Assembly: GCF_000400465.1 (NCBI RefSeq)
Contig: NW_008806280.1
Span: 20,001-144,000, forward strand
Direction of reading: 5' to 3'
Length of the DNA: 124,000 nt
Source of the DNA: Wallemia ichthyophaga EXF-994
Lineage: Eukaryota > Fungi > Basidiomycota
The position numbers and the translations under genes are program-made. The notes under the pieces are model-generated. The model worked only from the letters and a program-made list of their open reading frames with translations, was not told the origin of the DNA and ran no database searches. This document shows, one piece after another, positions 81,957 to 94,209 of the stretch. How positions within the stretch are numbered: position 1 is the first letter of the stretch; every line of letters starts with the position of its first letter.

Positions 81957-82568
81957 ATGGCCCCCCACTCAATGCCGCAGCCACCCGCTTCTCTCTCCGG
82001 CAGCAATCTCAAGATCGGCATCGTGCACACCCGCTGGAATTCGGAGGTTGTCGATGCACTCGTCCAAGGCACACGCAATCGTCTTCTCTCACTCGGAGTT
82101 AAGCCTGAGAATGTAATTATCCAGCAGATCGCTGGTAGCTGGGAATTACCGATTGCGACCAAGAAGATGATTCTCGCTGGTAGAGTTCAGCAAGGGCATT
82201 CACAGAACCTGCTCTCGGGTTTAGATCCACTCAGCTCTCCAGAGGCTCCGGGCGCATCAACAGACACAGCTTCAGCTACTAAAGTCGGCGAGTTCGACGC
82301 TGTAGTATCTATCGGTGTCCTCGTGAAAGGCAGCACACAACACTTTGAATACATCGCTGGAGCTGCGACTGACGGCCTCATGCGCGTCAGTCTCGATGAG
82401 AACACCCCCGTCGTATTCGGCGTGCTCACTTGCAATAACGAGGAACAGGCTAGAAGCAGAGCGGGTTTGGTGCCAGGTGGCCTCGAAAATCACGGTCCTA
82501 GTTGGGCAGACTCGGCTGTTGAACTCGCTGGTCTATCGGCAAAGTGGAGTAAAGGGGTGTTTGAATGA
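81957..82568 (+). CDS. RIB4: Lumazine synthase
   Basis: IGIVHTRWN, GSWELP, GVLVKGSTQHFEYI, PVVFGVLT. Confidence 0.96.
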   Translation: MAPHSMPQPPASLSGSNLKIGIVHTRWNSEVVDALVQGTRNRLLSLGVKPENVIIQQIAGSWELPIATKKMILAGRVQQGHSQNLLSGLDPLSSPEAPGASTDTASATKVGEFDAVVSIGVLVKGSTQHFEYIAGAATDGLMRVSLDENTPVVFGVLTCNNEEQARSRAGLVPGGLENHGPSWADSAVELAGLSAKWSKGVFE

Positions 82569-83530
82569 GTAGTTAGTTTGATAAAGTATACACGCTTAAT
82601 GAATGTGGATATTACAATGGATCGATCCCGTCGAGTTGTCGAATTCGTATAAAGTGGTTCAATGAGTGAATATGCTGCTATCTGGTAGCGCTGTGGTTTT
82701 CCATGACTTTCTATTCTTCTTGATTGTCTATTCTGCTTCTTCTGACCTCTCTAGCCTCTAACTATGCGCCCTTCTAGGGAGGTGGAAGAGAAGTGAAGGT
82801 GGACGGTGGAGTGTTTTTACGGGACTGGTGAGGCGTGGGGAGTGGTCGTTGAGTGGAACGCAGAAAGACTGCTGCTTGGTCAAATAACCGTCAAACTCAA
82901 AAGAATTGCTCTGTGAGGTTGAAGAGGACGTTGAGCAAGTTGAAGCAGACGAAGTCGATGAGACTGATGAGGATGATCTCGATCTTTTCTGTCTTTTGGA
83001 GTGTCAGTGCCGTTCCTGCTACTCAAGCCTTGACTTACACTACAGGACGCCCAGGACGCCCAGCTTTGAAAGGGTCAAGGTCTTGGAAAAGACTGTCCGT
83101 CTTGGCTTCCGTAAGCTTCATCTGGGCTGATTATCTAACACTCCACGTCGACGTCGGTAGGGAGCAAGTCTTGTCGATCGAGTTGTCCAGACTGCGCACG
83201 GATGTCAGGCGGGGGCGAGACAACTCTAATTAAGAATATTTTTTAGGGTAAATGGGGATGGGCCATGTTTGACTAGGTGCATTGAAATCGTTCAACGGAA
83301 TTTATGCGTTTGTTGTACATGTGTTATTTATATCGATGTGAAAATTTGTCAGTCCTGACTGTGCAAAGTGGGAAATGAGAGTAGAATAAGTGGGAGATTG
83401 CTAGTATTGCCAAGTGAGTCAATTAAGACAAATGAGCCAGCCATTTGAGTTGAAAGTGTATGCCAGAGTGGAGATATAAACCAATGGAGCCAATGAGCTG
83501 GGTTATAAGCCATATTTGATATTTGGTAAA

Positions 83531-83830
83531 TCAATAGGACCACTGTGAGCCTGCAGAGTGATCGCTATCGAATGAACTTGTGCTTGTTGTGCTTAATGTG
83601 GACGATGTACTTGTAAGTGAGCTGCTTCGTTGTCTGTTTGAAGCGGCTGAAGCGATACAAGACAATGAATCAGTCCTGCTGAAGGTGCTGAGCGTGTCGA
83701 TATTACTATCACTCCCCCTCAAAACAGCAATTGGCAACGGCTTTGGCAGCGTGTACTTGGATGAACTACGGGAGGGTAAGGGAATGTTATTTGGGATCAG
83801 CTTCAGTGGCGTTGGTGGTTGTCTACGTGG
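83531..83830 (-). CDS. Small Ser-rich hypothetical protein
   Basis: MPRRQPPTPLKLIP..KYTLPKP; function unknown. Confidence 0.45.
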   Translation of the reverse strand, partial: PRRQPPTPLKLIPNNIPLPSRSSSKYTLPKPLPIAVLRGSDSNIDTLSTFSRTDSLSCIASAASNRQRSSSLTSTSSTLSTTSTSSFDSDHSAGSQWSY

Positions 83831-83898
83831 CATTTCAGCGAGTTTAACGACCTGCGTTTTGTTTATCTTTATATCCTGTTGGTGGTTTCGCTTCTCCA

Positions 83899-85005
83899 AT
83901 GACTTGCACAATCCCAACAAAGGAAATTTTAAAAGAAATTATTTCAAGTTATGAATCTGGGGAGAGTGGAGACGAGAATATATTGGATAAAGTCAACTCC
84001 ATCTTGTTTAGACTATCTGCAACTGCGAATACTTCCGATACACACGAGCATCACAGCGAACTCAGTTTAAATAGGTTGAGATATCTTATAGTCTATTATC
84101 TTCATCCAGAATTCATCTACAGTTCTAAATTTGGCAGTGTGGATTTCAGACAATCGAATCTATCGAAATGCCTCAATCTATACACTCAATTCACAGAATT
84201 GTTAGATTCAATTGGTTTTGATGGTATCACTATACACGGTGACTCCAAAGATCCTTCCACTCAGCGTGATTTAAAGATTCAGCGTTTTAAACAGCACAAA
84301 CGGTTGGAATCTGAGGTTTTGGAGTATAAAGAGTTGTTAGAAGATAAGCCTGATAGTGGCTTGTTTCATACCACCTTTAATTCATCTTCTCCCGCTCAGT
84401 CCACCAACCACAAGGACAGTGACGACGACGACGATGACGACGACGATATCCTCCGCGAATACCTCATCAGACTCCTTAAATACCTCTATTCGCTATCGCA
84501 ATCTCAAATCCATTCTATCCATGCTGAATTAGACCTCCTCAGCAACGTCAACAGCAACAGCACAACCGACACACGCACACGCACACAAACCCCTGCAAAC
84601 GATTCGACATGGAGATTGGACAGTGCAGTTAATGCACCCGCCAACAACCTCCTCGACAAAGAAGGCAGACCTACGCGACCATTCACGATAATGCCGCGCG
84701 GTACACACACTACACGACAGCAGATGGCAGATGGCGTGTTTCAACCCAGCCACCGTCTTCCTACAATGACCATTGACGAGTATCTCCAAGACGAGCAGGC
84801 TCGGGGGAATGTTATACAGGGGGGTGGACCTGCGAGTGAGAATCAACCAACTAGCAAGGAACAGCTCCAGCTAGACACTGAGCTCGATGGCACTCTCTTT
84901 GCTCAGCGTGCTCAGGATCAGCAGCGCGCTGACACGGAGAATTGGGCAAGGTATACCGAGGAGGTGGAGAAGGGAAGTGGCAATACTATGGCCAATAATG
85001 GGTAG
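83899..85005 (+). CDS. TAP42: PP2A-associated protein Tap42/alpha4
   Basis: RDLKIQRFK, RPTRPFTI, VFQPSHRLPTMTIDEYL, KGSGN. Confidence 0.9.
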   Translation: MTCTIPTKEILKEIISSYESGESGDENILDKVNSILFRLSATANTSDTHEHHSELSLNRLRYLIVYYLHPEFIYSSKFGSVDFRQSNLSKCLNLYTQFTELLDSIGFDGITIHGDSKDPSTQRDLKIQRFKQHKRLESEVLEYKELLEDKPDSGLFHTTFNSSSPAQSTNHKDSDDDDDDDDDILREYLIRLLKYLYSLSQSQIHSIHAELDLLSNVNSNSTTDTRTRTQTPANDSTWRLDSAVNAPANNLLDKEGRPTRPFTIMPRGTHTTRQQMADGVFQPSHRLPTMTIDEYLQDEQARGNVIQGGGPASENQPTSKEQLQLDTELDGTLFAQRAQDQQRADTENWARYTEEVEKGSGNTMANNG

Positions 85006-85231
85006 AAGAAGTTATTTATAATGGACAATCGATCATCGATCATTAGTGTATCGTTTGTGTGCTTTGTGCAATTGAAAATCTTTCATCGAGTTGAGTGCAG
85101 TGCAGTATGAGTTGGCACTCAGTCTCAGTCTCAGTCTCAGTCTCAGTTTTTATCTGTATGTTGTAGACTTGCTGCTCAAAATGCCTCGCAAATGGTAAAA
85201 TCCACTCTATTCTCTGTCTCAAACGATTCAT

Positions 85232-85570
85232 ATGTCAGAAACGCTGCACAACGAACTGTTACTTGCATTGAGTGAACAGTATAACCAGTCTCTAATATCC
85301 TCCTACACACCGATCGATACATGCACAGCGACAGTCGAGCTACTCGAGGGTGTCCAAGTGCGTGTACACATAACCCAATTTGGATATAGCCTGGGGGGCG
85401 GTGGTAGTAGTATTGGCAGTGATAGCAGCAGAAGCAGTAACACCAACACTACCAATCAATCAGAAGACTTAGAAGGCCTCTTACGCGGATGCAGTCCAGC
85501 ATTCAACCAACGCACCACAGCAATTCTGTTGGATAAACTCGATAAATTGGCTAAAGTACAACATAAATAA
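85232..85570 (+). CDS. GSKIP/DUF727-like small protein
   Basis: V.LLEG..V.V.IT..GY; EDLEGLL...SPAF....L..KL. Confidence 0.6.
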   Translation: MSETLHNELLLALSEQYNQSLISSYTPIDTCTATVELLEGVQVRVHITQFGYSLGGGGSSIGSDSSRSSNTNTTNQSEDLEGLLRGCSPAFNQRTTAILLDKLDKLAKVQHK

Positions 85571-85598
85571 AAAGCTTTCAAGTCATCACGTTATCAGG

Positions 85599-86506
85599 TC
85601 AAAATCCACCCAGCTCCCTCTCTAGCTCTGCCAATGCTTCGTTCTCCAGTGCATCCCTGTCTGCGTCCATCCCGCCCAGTTCATCATCTGGCGGTATGTC
85701 GTCTGGAATGTCATCGTGCGTGTCAGCCTTGTTACGCGGTGGCGGTGGCGGTGGTGATCGCGGTGGCGATGGCGATCTAAATAGGGCATCTTGTTGGTGC
85801 TTCTCTGATGCATTCTCATTGTCGTGTACCTTGTCGTGATCGTTCTCTCCCTCCCGCTCCAGCTCCACACCATCCACACCACCGACACCACCGACACCAC
85901 CGACACCCATTTCACCCCTTCTCAAAGCATCCTTCCACCCCTTTAAAGCAGCCTCCATACGACGCTGATGGCAAATCTTCTCCGTGCGTTCTACGACATC
86001 GCCGAACTGCAATTTAGGGAAAAGTTTATGTGTCCAAAGGTGGTATCTGGCGAGCAGCCTACGCAAATCGGCCCATTCGTGCCCCTTACCTGCGAATTTC
86101 CAGTGAGCGCTATCGTGCATGAGCGCAGGTAAACCGTGTGTGCCGAGGAGTCTGTTCGTTGGTGAGTGAGTCACTCAGACAGTACTCCCACTCCCACTCA
86201 CCTCTCTGCATCTATCTTGGCCACCACGCGTCTAGGTTTGCCTTGAACCGCGCCGTCGTCGTCGTCTTCTCCCCCGGCCGGCTGCTTGGCTGTGGCGAGG
86301 TCGTCGCCTATCGACTCGAATATATCGTCGACTGTTTGCTTGTGTGCGCTGTGGTCGTCGTGTGCTCTTTCATCCTCTCGATCGTTATCCACCTGTGTAT
86401 GCGTGCGCTTACGCGTGCTCGCCGGCGCAACAACGCGCTCCTCGGACATTTCGCGTGCAGGTCTGCGAGTCAGGTTAGGCGGTGCGTCAAAGTCGATGAA
86501 AGACAT
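85599..86506 (-). CDS. CSM3: Fork protection complex subunit Swi3/Csm3/TIPIN
   Basis: KIDAERLLG..GL, KGHEWADLRRLL..Y.LWTH.LFPK..F.D. Confidence 0.85.
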
Positions 86507-86565
86507 GATCGTGTGTGTAGTGTGTAGTGTGTTGGGAGTGAACGGTGAACACACCACGCACACCA

Positions 86566-87132
86566 ATGAACACGGCGAAACTCAAGCAATTCGGTGAAGA
86601 GCAGTGGCGCGGGAAGGGCGACAAGATAAATGCGGAGCTTTTCGTGATGACTTATGGGGCACTGGTGAAGCAGCTGTGGGAGGACTACGAGGATATTGGC
86701 GCGGTTAATAGCGCACTGGATCGAATGGGATATGGAATTGGTGTGCGTCTGATTGAGGAGTTTCTCGCAAAACATAGCCCGGGTTTGGCTAAATGTAGGG
86801 TCTTCGCTGAGACAGCTGACGTTGTGGCTAGCGTGGGGTTCAAGGTCTTCCTGAATGCTAGCGTTGGAGTGTCGCATATCACCCACGATGAATACTCGCT
86901 CACTCTTCTCGATAATCCGCTTAATCAGTTCGTTGCCCTCCCCGATTCAGCTGTCGAGAAAGGCCTCCTTTACAGCAACATACTCGCAGGTTGCGTTCGA
87001 GGTGCGCTTGAAATGGTTAATATGCACACCGCTGTTACTTTCACAGAGGATGAACTACTCGGCCACCAACACACCACTATCAACGTTAAATTACTCAATT
87101 ATATCGATGAACATGTACCAGATGATGAATAA
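86566..87132 (+). CDS. BET3: TRAPP subunit Bet3
   Basis: KINAELFVMTYGALV, LDRMGYGIGVRLIEEFLA, NPLNQFV.LP, YSNILAG.VRGALEMV. Confidence 0.96.
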   Translation: MNTAKLKQFGEEQWRGKGDKINAELFVMTYGALVKQLWEDYEDIGAVNSALDRMGYGIGVRLIEEFLAKHSPGLAKCRVFAETADVVASVGFKVFLNASVGVSHITHDEYSLTLLDNPLNQFVALPDSAVEKGLLYSNILAGCVRGALEMVNMHTAVTFTEDELLGHQHTTINVKLLNYIDEHVPDDE

Positions 87133-87204
87133 ATGAATAAATGAATAAATGAATATAGAAATGAATTTATACCTTGGATATAAGATTGGATATATGGTTT
87201 GCAT

Positions 87205-87500
87205 TTAAACAACCACACAACATCCACCGCCTTGTGGTGCGTATGGGTCTTCTTTCTTATCGACAGGGCCCCAGACAGAGGGGATCTGAGGGGAGTGTGT
87301 TAGTGTGACTGTCATGAACTACAGCCTCCATAACTTACCAAATAATCCTTGGTGGAATTACAAAACCTAATTAATCCCTGACTCGCTTCGCTGACATTGA
87401 TCCGTGGACGCGCATAATCATCTTTAAGTCTCTGGTTGTGTTCGTTGAGGCGTCTAAGCTTTAATTCGCTCATACTTTGCTTGTGAGGTCTGCCTGTCAT
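87205..87500 (-). CDS. Heterotrimeric G-protein gamma subunit
   Basis: [30 protein letters not shown]|[20 protein letters not shown]. Confidence 0.92.
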
Positions 87501-87584
87501 GACTTGATCACTCGAGTATTTAGGTGGCTCGTGGTGGCTGTTGTAATGAAACCAACGTGTATTCGAATACATTTGTCTAGACGC

Positions 87585-88388
87585 TTACATCTTCTTATAA
87601 GCCTTGTAGAGCATGCCACTCAACTCGGTCTGCTCAACTTCTTTCACTTTGCGCTCTCTCTTGAGCAACGCCTTTACCTCAGCCAACTCATCACGTAGAC
87701 TAGCAATGGTATTGTGCAACGAGGCTATTTCATTAACCTGTTTGCTGAAATGGTCAACGAGTATTTCTTCGCTGCTGTTGCGTCTGCGAGTGGGTTGAGC
87801 GGGTTTAGTGGGTTTTGTTGGGGTATTGATAGCATCAAAGAAATCTGATGAGTTTGATGGATTAGGAGAGTGCCTTAAGTGCCTTGATTGGTGTGTTTTT
87901 CTTGCCTTCTTTGGTGGCTGTGGCTGTAGCTGTGGCTGTGATGTGGACTGGCTATTGAGACATTTGGTGGGTGTGGCTGGAATATCCCACTCGCTTTGAT
88001 GTTTTCTTTTGTTTGTGCGTTGACCACCATCTACAATACTACCTCCCCCACTCGGGATATCAAACTCGGCGAGAACGTCGTCGTTGGTGTTAGTTGACCA
88101 GCTGCCCTTATTGTATTGATCATTTGCCATGATACAAGCTTGAATTATGTGTCTGCGGTTTGTTGTGCTCTGTACCTCGTCCAAGTGGCTATCAACGCAT
88201 TTCTCGAAATCAGCGAGCCAAAAGAAATACTGGCAATTGTCACTATCGCCAATTGAGCACCTATAAAACAACTCCTGTGGATGCCTTTGTGTATTGGCTC
88301 TAAGGAGAAGTACACGCTTATCGTGATTACAGAGCGGCCAACCGAGTTTATCTGTATGATTTATAGCCTGTAGCAATTTAATAGCCAT
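87585..88388 (-). CDS. GRF zinc-finger protein with C-terminal coiled coil
   Basis: CNH...FYRC......CQYFFW. Confidence 0.75.
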   Translation of the reverse strand: MAIKLLQAINHTDKLGWPLCNHDKRVLLLRANTQRHPQELFYRCSIGDSDNCQYFFWLADFEKCVDSHLDEVQSTTNRRHIIQACIMANDQYNKGSWSTNTNDDVLAEFDIPSGGGSIVDGGQRTNKRKHQSEWDIPATPTKCLNSQSTSQPQLQPQPPKKARKTHQSRHLRHSPNPSNSSDFFDAINTPTKPTKPAQPTRRRNSSEEILVDHFSKQVNEIASLHNTIASLRDELAEVKALLKRERKVKEVEQTELSGMLYKAYKKM

Positions 88389-88455
88389 GAATGAATATTT
88401 TAAGTATCCCGGTTATCATCGCTGTTGGCTGCCAACCACCAGCACCAACACCACC

Positions 88456-88893
88456 ATGGAAGCAGCCAGCCATACACGCAAGCAGCGTCTGGAAGCCTTG
88501 AATAATAGAACACACGGCACCGGCGAGCACATAGTTAAATTCAGAAACTACGATCCAACGAGTAGAGAGGTAAAGAAGGGCGATAACAGCCAGACCTCCG
88601 TCGACACAGTCGAATCCGCTGTCACTGGTTTAGTTGATTCTATCCTCGATAAAGATGAGGAGCTGCGTAATGAGGATTTGGATATCTTCAATATCGCACC
88701 AAAGAGACCAAACTGGGATATGAGGAGGCAATTGACCAATAAGATGTCTCTATTGAATAAGGCTGATCAGCTAGCTATCAATACACTGTTACGCAATAGA
88801 CTTTCTAATCCCAACGACAATAACGTAAACAACGGTGCTGCTTTAGCCAGTGCCTCAAACAAACTCATCCATTACTCAGACCAAGATGATTGA
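88456..88893 (+). CDS. Splicing factor Cwf18/CCDC12-like
   Basis: RKQRLEAL, KFRNYDP, NIAPKRPNWDMRR. Confidence 0.85.
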   Translation: MEAASHTRKQRLEALNNRTHGTGEHIVKFRNYDPTSREVKKGDNSQTSVDTVESAVTGLVDSILDKDEELRNEDLDIFNIAPKRPNWDMRRQLTNKMSLLNKADQLAINTLLRNRLSNPNDNNVNNGAALASASNKLIHYSDQDD

Positions 88894-88935
88894 TACGCGC
88901 ATTCTAACAATTCTAGCAATATATTTATTCTTTAC

Positions 88936-91299
88936 TTACATAGCCTGTCGACGTGACGTCATTTCTATCGACTGTATCACATCACCTGCTTTCATATCCT
89001 GAAAGTTTTCAAATCCCAATCCACACTCTAATCCTTTACCTGCGTGGTTGATATCCTTCTTGTGATGTTTGAAAGTATCCAATCTACCCGTATACACTGT
89101 CTCACCACCTCTGATCACTCTCACACTCCCCTGTCTTGTGATATTTCCATTCCCTACTCTGACTCCAGCCACCCGCTTGAATGTACGACCTTTGACGTTG
89201 ATATCGAACAACTCCACCACGCTAGCCTCACCCAGTACTCTCATTTCCGTTATCGGTGGGAGTAGTTCACTGACGCGTACCTTCATTTGATCTAGCAATC
89301 GGTATATTACCCCATCCACCGTCAGCTGTACATTCGACATGGCTGCTGTGTTCATTATACTGCGTGTGGCTTTAACGTTGAATCCTACGATAGATGCTGA
89401 TGTGTGTGTTAACATTTCTACCTCGTTTCAATGACGCTAGCGATAACAATAACGCTAACACTCCAACCCACCTTCACCTGCCACTGCTCGCGTTATATCC
89501 GAATCACTTATATCACCCACCCCACTCGCAACGACTTTGACACGCGCGTGTTCGTTGCCGATATCTTCCAACGCCGCTACGAATGCCTCCACTGTGCCGC
89601 TGACGTCACCCTTGACAACGACATTGAGGTATTTAGTGGGTGTTTGTGCAGTATCTTGGGCGTTCTCCGCGTTATCATCGTGGCTAATTCCATGGGTGGT
89701 TTCGTTAGCATTCTCTCTCAGCTCACGATGAGCGAGGCGCTTATCGTTGATAACCTCGAGCTCGGCCATAGTTTTGAGGCGGTGCATAGCATCCACACGA
89801 TTAGATACAGCCCGTTTAGCCTCATCTTCGCCGGTAGCTTCGAGGACCTCATCGCCCGCTTTAGGCAGGTCCTTCCACCCAGCGACGACAACGGGAAGGC
89901 CAACCTGAGCGCTCTTGACAGTTTCCCTCTTATCGCTCTCCATCTGTCTCACTTTACACCACGTCGCGCCACCCACAACGCACGCGCCTGCTTGGAGTAC
90001 GCCACGCGTGACGAGCACAGTAGCGAGATTACCCCGCCCTTTATCGACGCGGCTCTCCAACACCACACCGTGAGCGCGGCCCGTCATCTCCGAACGCAAA
90101 TCCTGCATTTCGCTCAGTGCGGCAATCGTATCAGTCAGCTCGGCCATTCCACGCCCACTGCGAGCTGATACTAACACGGCTGGCGTCTCGCCACCGAACT
90201 CCTCCAGCGTGACTCCATTCGCGAGGAGATCATACTTGATCGCTGTCGTATCTACACCTGCCTTGTCGCATTTGGTGATGGCTACGATCACACCGAGGTT
90301 GGAGCGCGTGCATAACTCAATCACCTCCTTTGTCTGCGGCATCACTCCGTCGTCCGCGGCTACCACAACCACCGCTATGTCCGTCACACTCGCACCGCGT
90401 GCGCGCATGTTTGTAAAAGCTGCATGGCCAGGTGTATCGAGGAAAGTGATGCTGTTGGGTGAGTCTGTTGTCGGTGTGGTGGTGCTGCCACTACTGCCGC
90501 TGCTGTTCGTGTTGGTGCTCAAGCTCGACACAGCCACGGAAAAGGCACCTATGTGCTGGGTAATGCCACCCGCTTCCGAGGGTGCAACAGCTGCAGATCT
90601 GAGCCTATCGAGCAGGGTAGTCTTGCCGTGATCTACGTGACCCATAATAGTGACGACGGGTGGACGCAGAGGGAGAGAGTCGGGTTCAGAATGTGGTGGG
90701 GAAGGGTACAGGTCGAATGCCCTCTCCTCATTCTGCACAGGTTCCAAACCACACTCCATAGCGAGGAGAGACGCGTCTTCAGATACGAGCACCCTGTCGT
90801 ATTGCATATTGTCCAGCCCGGAATGTATCATTATCCGCTGTAGCTTGTCGAGGCGCATGTTGAATAGCCTGCTTAGGTTCGCTACGGATATGAATGCTGG
90901 GATGAATACTTGACGTTTGGCGGGTGCTGGTGCTTTATTGGGTGGTTTGGATGTGTTCTTCTTCTCCTTGGACTTGGTCGGCGCGTGTGCTGCCTGCTTC
91001 GACTTTGTCTTCTTCCAAGCCGATGGGTCTACATCGCCACTCAGCAGCGAACTCCTGCCGGATTTCTTCTTGTTCGCTGGTATTGGTTGGGTTTTGGTTT
91101 GTGGAGAGGTGGTATTGGGATTGCTAGTGGGATTACTAGTAGGATTACTAGTAGCCTTGCGAGTGTCCTTGCCATTGGCCTTGCTTGTAACCTCAGGAAC
91201 TTTGAAATCAACCGGCCTAGCCCATTTATTGTGGAAAATAGAAGCTGTGTTTATATTTCTATGGCTATTTACCAGCACTCTCCTTCGCAGCACCCACAT
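88936..91299 (-). CDS. IFM1: Mitochondrial translation initiation factor IF2
   Basis: RPPVVTIMGHVDHGKTTLLD, GGITQHIGAF, FLDTPGHAAF..MR.RGA, KGDVSGTVEA. Confidence 0.96.
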
Positions 91300-91331
91300 G
91301 ACGGTCACAGACAAAGAGATTAAATTTACAC

Positions 91332-92809
91332 TTAAGACATTGTAACATCTACAATTATCGTAGCCAAACCGAGTATTATCTCAACCACTATCAGCCATAT
91401 CACGATCCTCTCGAGTCCTTCTGAGTGTCTGCTATACACGCTCTCTTTGAGCAGCCTGAGCAGATCCTGGAGAACTACAACACGCGTTATTTTGGTTATA
91501 CTTGTTGATATATATATTCACCCACCTTCCACTCGCGCATTCAACAGATCTATCCTCTGCCTCACCTCCAGATACTGCCTGAACGCAAGGTACAGCGGCT
91601 CTAGATCGGGATATGTCCAGAACAGCTCTGGACTATCCAAAACTGATCCAACCACGTTGATATTCATCCGCAGTATGAATAATTGTCCCTGTATTCTCAC
91701 TTAGTATTCCCTCATGAAAATATTCAAAACACCCTCACTATCTGCATCATTATCACTTTCCTAGGCATACCTATCTTTCCCGACGCTGCAATGTCCTGTG
91801 GTATATCCTTTGTCTGTTCAATTGTCGCCGATATCAGTTCCTCGAAGAGTGATATTTTCACGCTCTGTGCTAGTGCATGAGACAGTGCCAATTTGGTCCT
91901 ACAGATTGTTAAAAGGTTTATTTAGCAACTTGAGACCCACATAAATGATGATCCACGTAGCAAGGCAATCACATCATGGAAAATACGCGTATAATCGGCG
92001 TAGTAGAAGTTGAGATCCTCCATCTCGACATCCTCAGCAGCCAGTTTATCCACCTCGAAGCGTTTCAGCATAGAAAGTACTCGCCTCTCCATCGCCTCCT
92101 CCATGCCCCACATGACGACGACGCCCGTCTCGGAAAAGAAGAAGACGTCTGGGGTGTGTGCGCCGAGTTGGAAGCGCTGATAACGCGATGTTTTCCGATC
92201 GACGAGTTCTGGCACGCCGAGCAAGTCGGCTTCTGCGTCAGTGTGTGAGTGTGAGTGCGTGCTTGCGTTTGCGTGGGTGTGAGGCACGTAAGGCGTGTAA
92301 ATCACGTCATCGAACACTCTGGGATCGGTAGCGTGAGTGTATCGTCTAGATTCGAGATGTTTGAGTAGTTCTGGCTGACGATATGAGCTAGCAGTGCAAT
92401 AAGCCGTGACGCCTGCATTGGGATATTGTGAGCAAAGATGCGCAACTCTCTCCACCATATTCTACGTACGCGGCAACCTCTCTTTCTCCTTCTTGGTGAG
92501 CAGTCTCGCGTCTTTGCGCGGTGCACCTGCAGGTATCCTCGCTATCTGCTGGTAGACCTCGGGGGCAGGCGTGGCCAAGTCGTCGTCATCGTAGTTGTCC
92601 TCCTCCTCGTCATCCTCCTCATCGTCGTCGTCGTTGTCCTCCGAGTGCCTCTCGCCGTGTCCTGCCCCGCCCAGCTTCAACGACGGCTCCTCGGGCAGCA
92701 CTTTAAGCTTCTGCGACGCTTTCGTCGTCCGCTTCGCCCGCGCTTCCTGGGTCTTGGCGCCAGAGAAATGCTGGGGAAGACTTAGCTTGCGTGTGTTTGT
92801 CGGTGCCAT
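91332..92809 (-). CDS. RMD1: Rmd1/Sif2 (DUF155) protein
   Basis: VTAYCTASSY, GVVVMWGM, LDSPELFWTYPDLEPLY...RQYLEVRQRI.LLNARV. Confidence 0.9.
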
Positions 92810-92847
92810 TTTGCGTTGGTGGTGATGGTGGTTGCGTCAGAACAACG

Positions 92848-94045
92848 ATGAGCGGATTATCGAGGATTCCACTGGAAAATCAACCACACGACTGCGTATT
92901 CTCGCCCAACTCGGATAACGTCTACGTCGGTCTCCTCACTGGGGAAATCAAGGGGTTCAGCTATACGGAACAAGGTTACGAGAGGAAACTGCGAGTGAGG
93001 CCGAGCAAGAAAAGCTGTCGTGGATTGGATGTGAGTGGAGACGGGAACACGCTCTACGCAGTCTCTAAGGATGGGTCGATGAGGTGGGTGTGTGTCGGTG
93101 GAAGCGAGAAGACACGACTTACACCGGCATTTCAGTCACATAGACGCAATCACCGGACAGACAGCCGCACACACGCAGAAGGCACACGGCGAGCCCATCA
93201 GTAGGGTCAAACTGACCATGCCAAACCTCCTCGCTACTGGCGACGACGAAGGCGTAGTGAAGCTATGGGACACGCGCAAACCCGAGCCACTGCGAGCATA
93301 CACGCACCACTTCGACTATATCTCAGATTTCCACTATGAAGATGCTGATAGAAAACTACTCTCTTCTTCAGCTGATGGAACACTGAGCGTTATTGACGTG
93401 CGCAATAACAAACCAGAGCCTGTGGGGCATAGCGAGGATCAGGAGGATGAGCTGCTCTCTATTGCCCCACTCGCAGGTACATCCAAGTACGCCGTCGGTA
93501 CACAGCTGGGTGTCCTCTCCATATTTAATAGCAAGCAGGGCTGGGGAGACTGTGTGGATCGGATACCAGGTCATCCTCAGTCTATTGACGCTCTCGTTAG
93601 CTTGGGCCAGTCTATTCTTGCTACTGGCTCGTCTGATGGTCTAATTCGCGTCATGAGCGTCTTGCCAACCAAATTCATGGGCGTTATTGGCGATCATGGA
93701 GAGTTTCCAATCGAGAGAATGAAACTTAGCGGCGATGGCAAGTGGCTCGCGTCCATGTCGCATAATGAAGAACTCATGATGACTAGAGTCGATGATATGT
93801 TTGAGGATAGCGATGGTGAGGATGACAAGGAGGATATGGAGGGAGTAGAGGGTGTTCAGAGTGGTGAAGATGCTGAAGATGCTGAGGATGCTGAGAACAC
93901 AGCCACCGCTACAGCCACCGCACCAGACTCAGACTCAGATTCAGACTCAGACACCCCACAACAACCACAGCCGATCAAGAAGAGCAAGAAGAGCAAGCAG
94001 AATAAGCAATTTATACAAGATGAAGACTTTTTCGATGGATTGTAA
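92848..94045 (+). CDS. WD40 protein WDR55/Jip5
   Basis: LATGDDEGVVKLWD, HFDYISDF, SEDQEDELLS, acidic tail. Confidence 0.85.
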
Positions 94046-94209
94046 ATTTTCACTCTGTATCAGATGTATTATTGAGAAATACGCGTAGAAATGGACATAT
94101 AAATGCACATACACATAGTACATGGAGTGACGCGTCTTTAATACAGATTCTTTTGATAGCTCATCTCACCACGCGTCTCGCGAATACCATCATCATCACC
94201 GATAACGCC

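Noticed and set aside
82600-83280. Ser-rich (minus) or acidic (plus) ORF fragments
   Set aside because: No reliable start or family; cannot be supported as a gene
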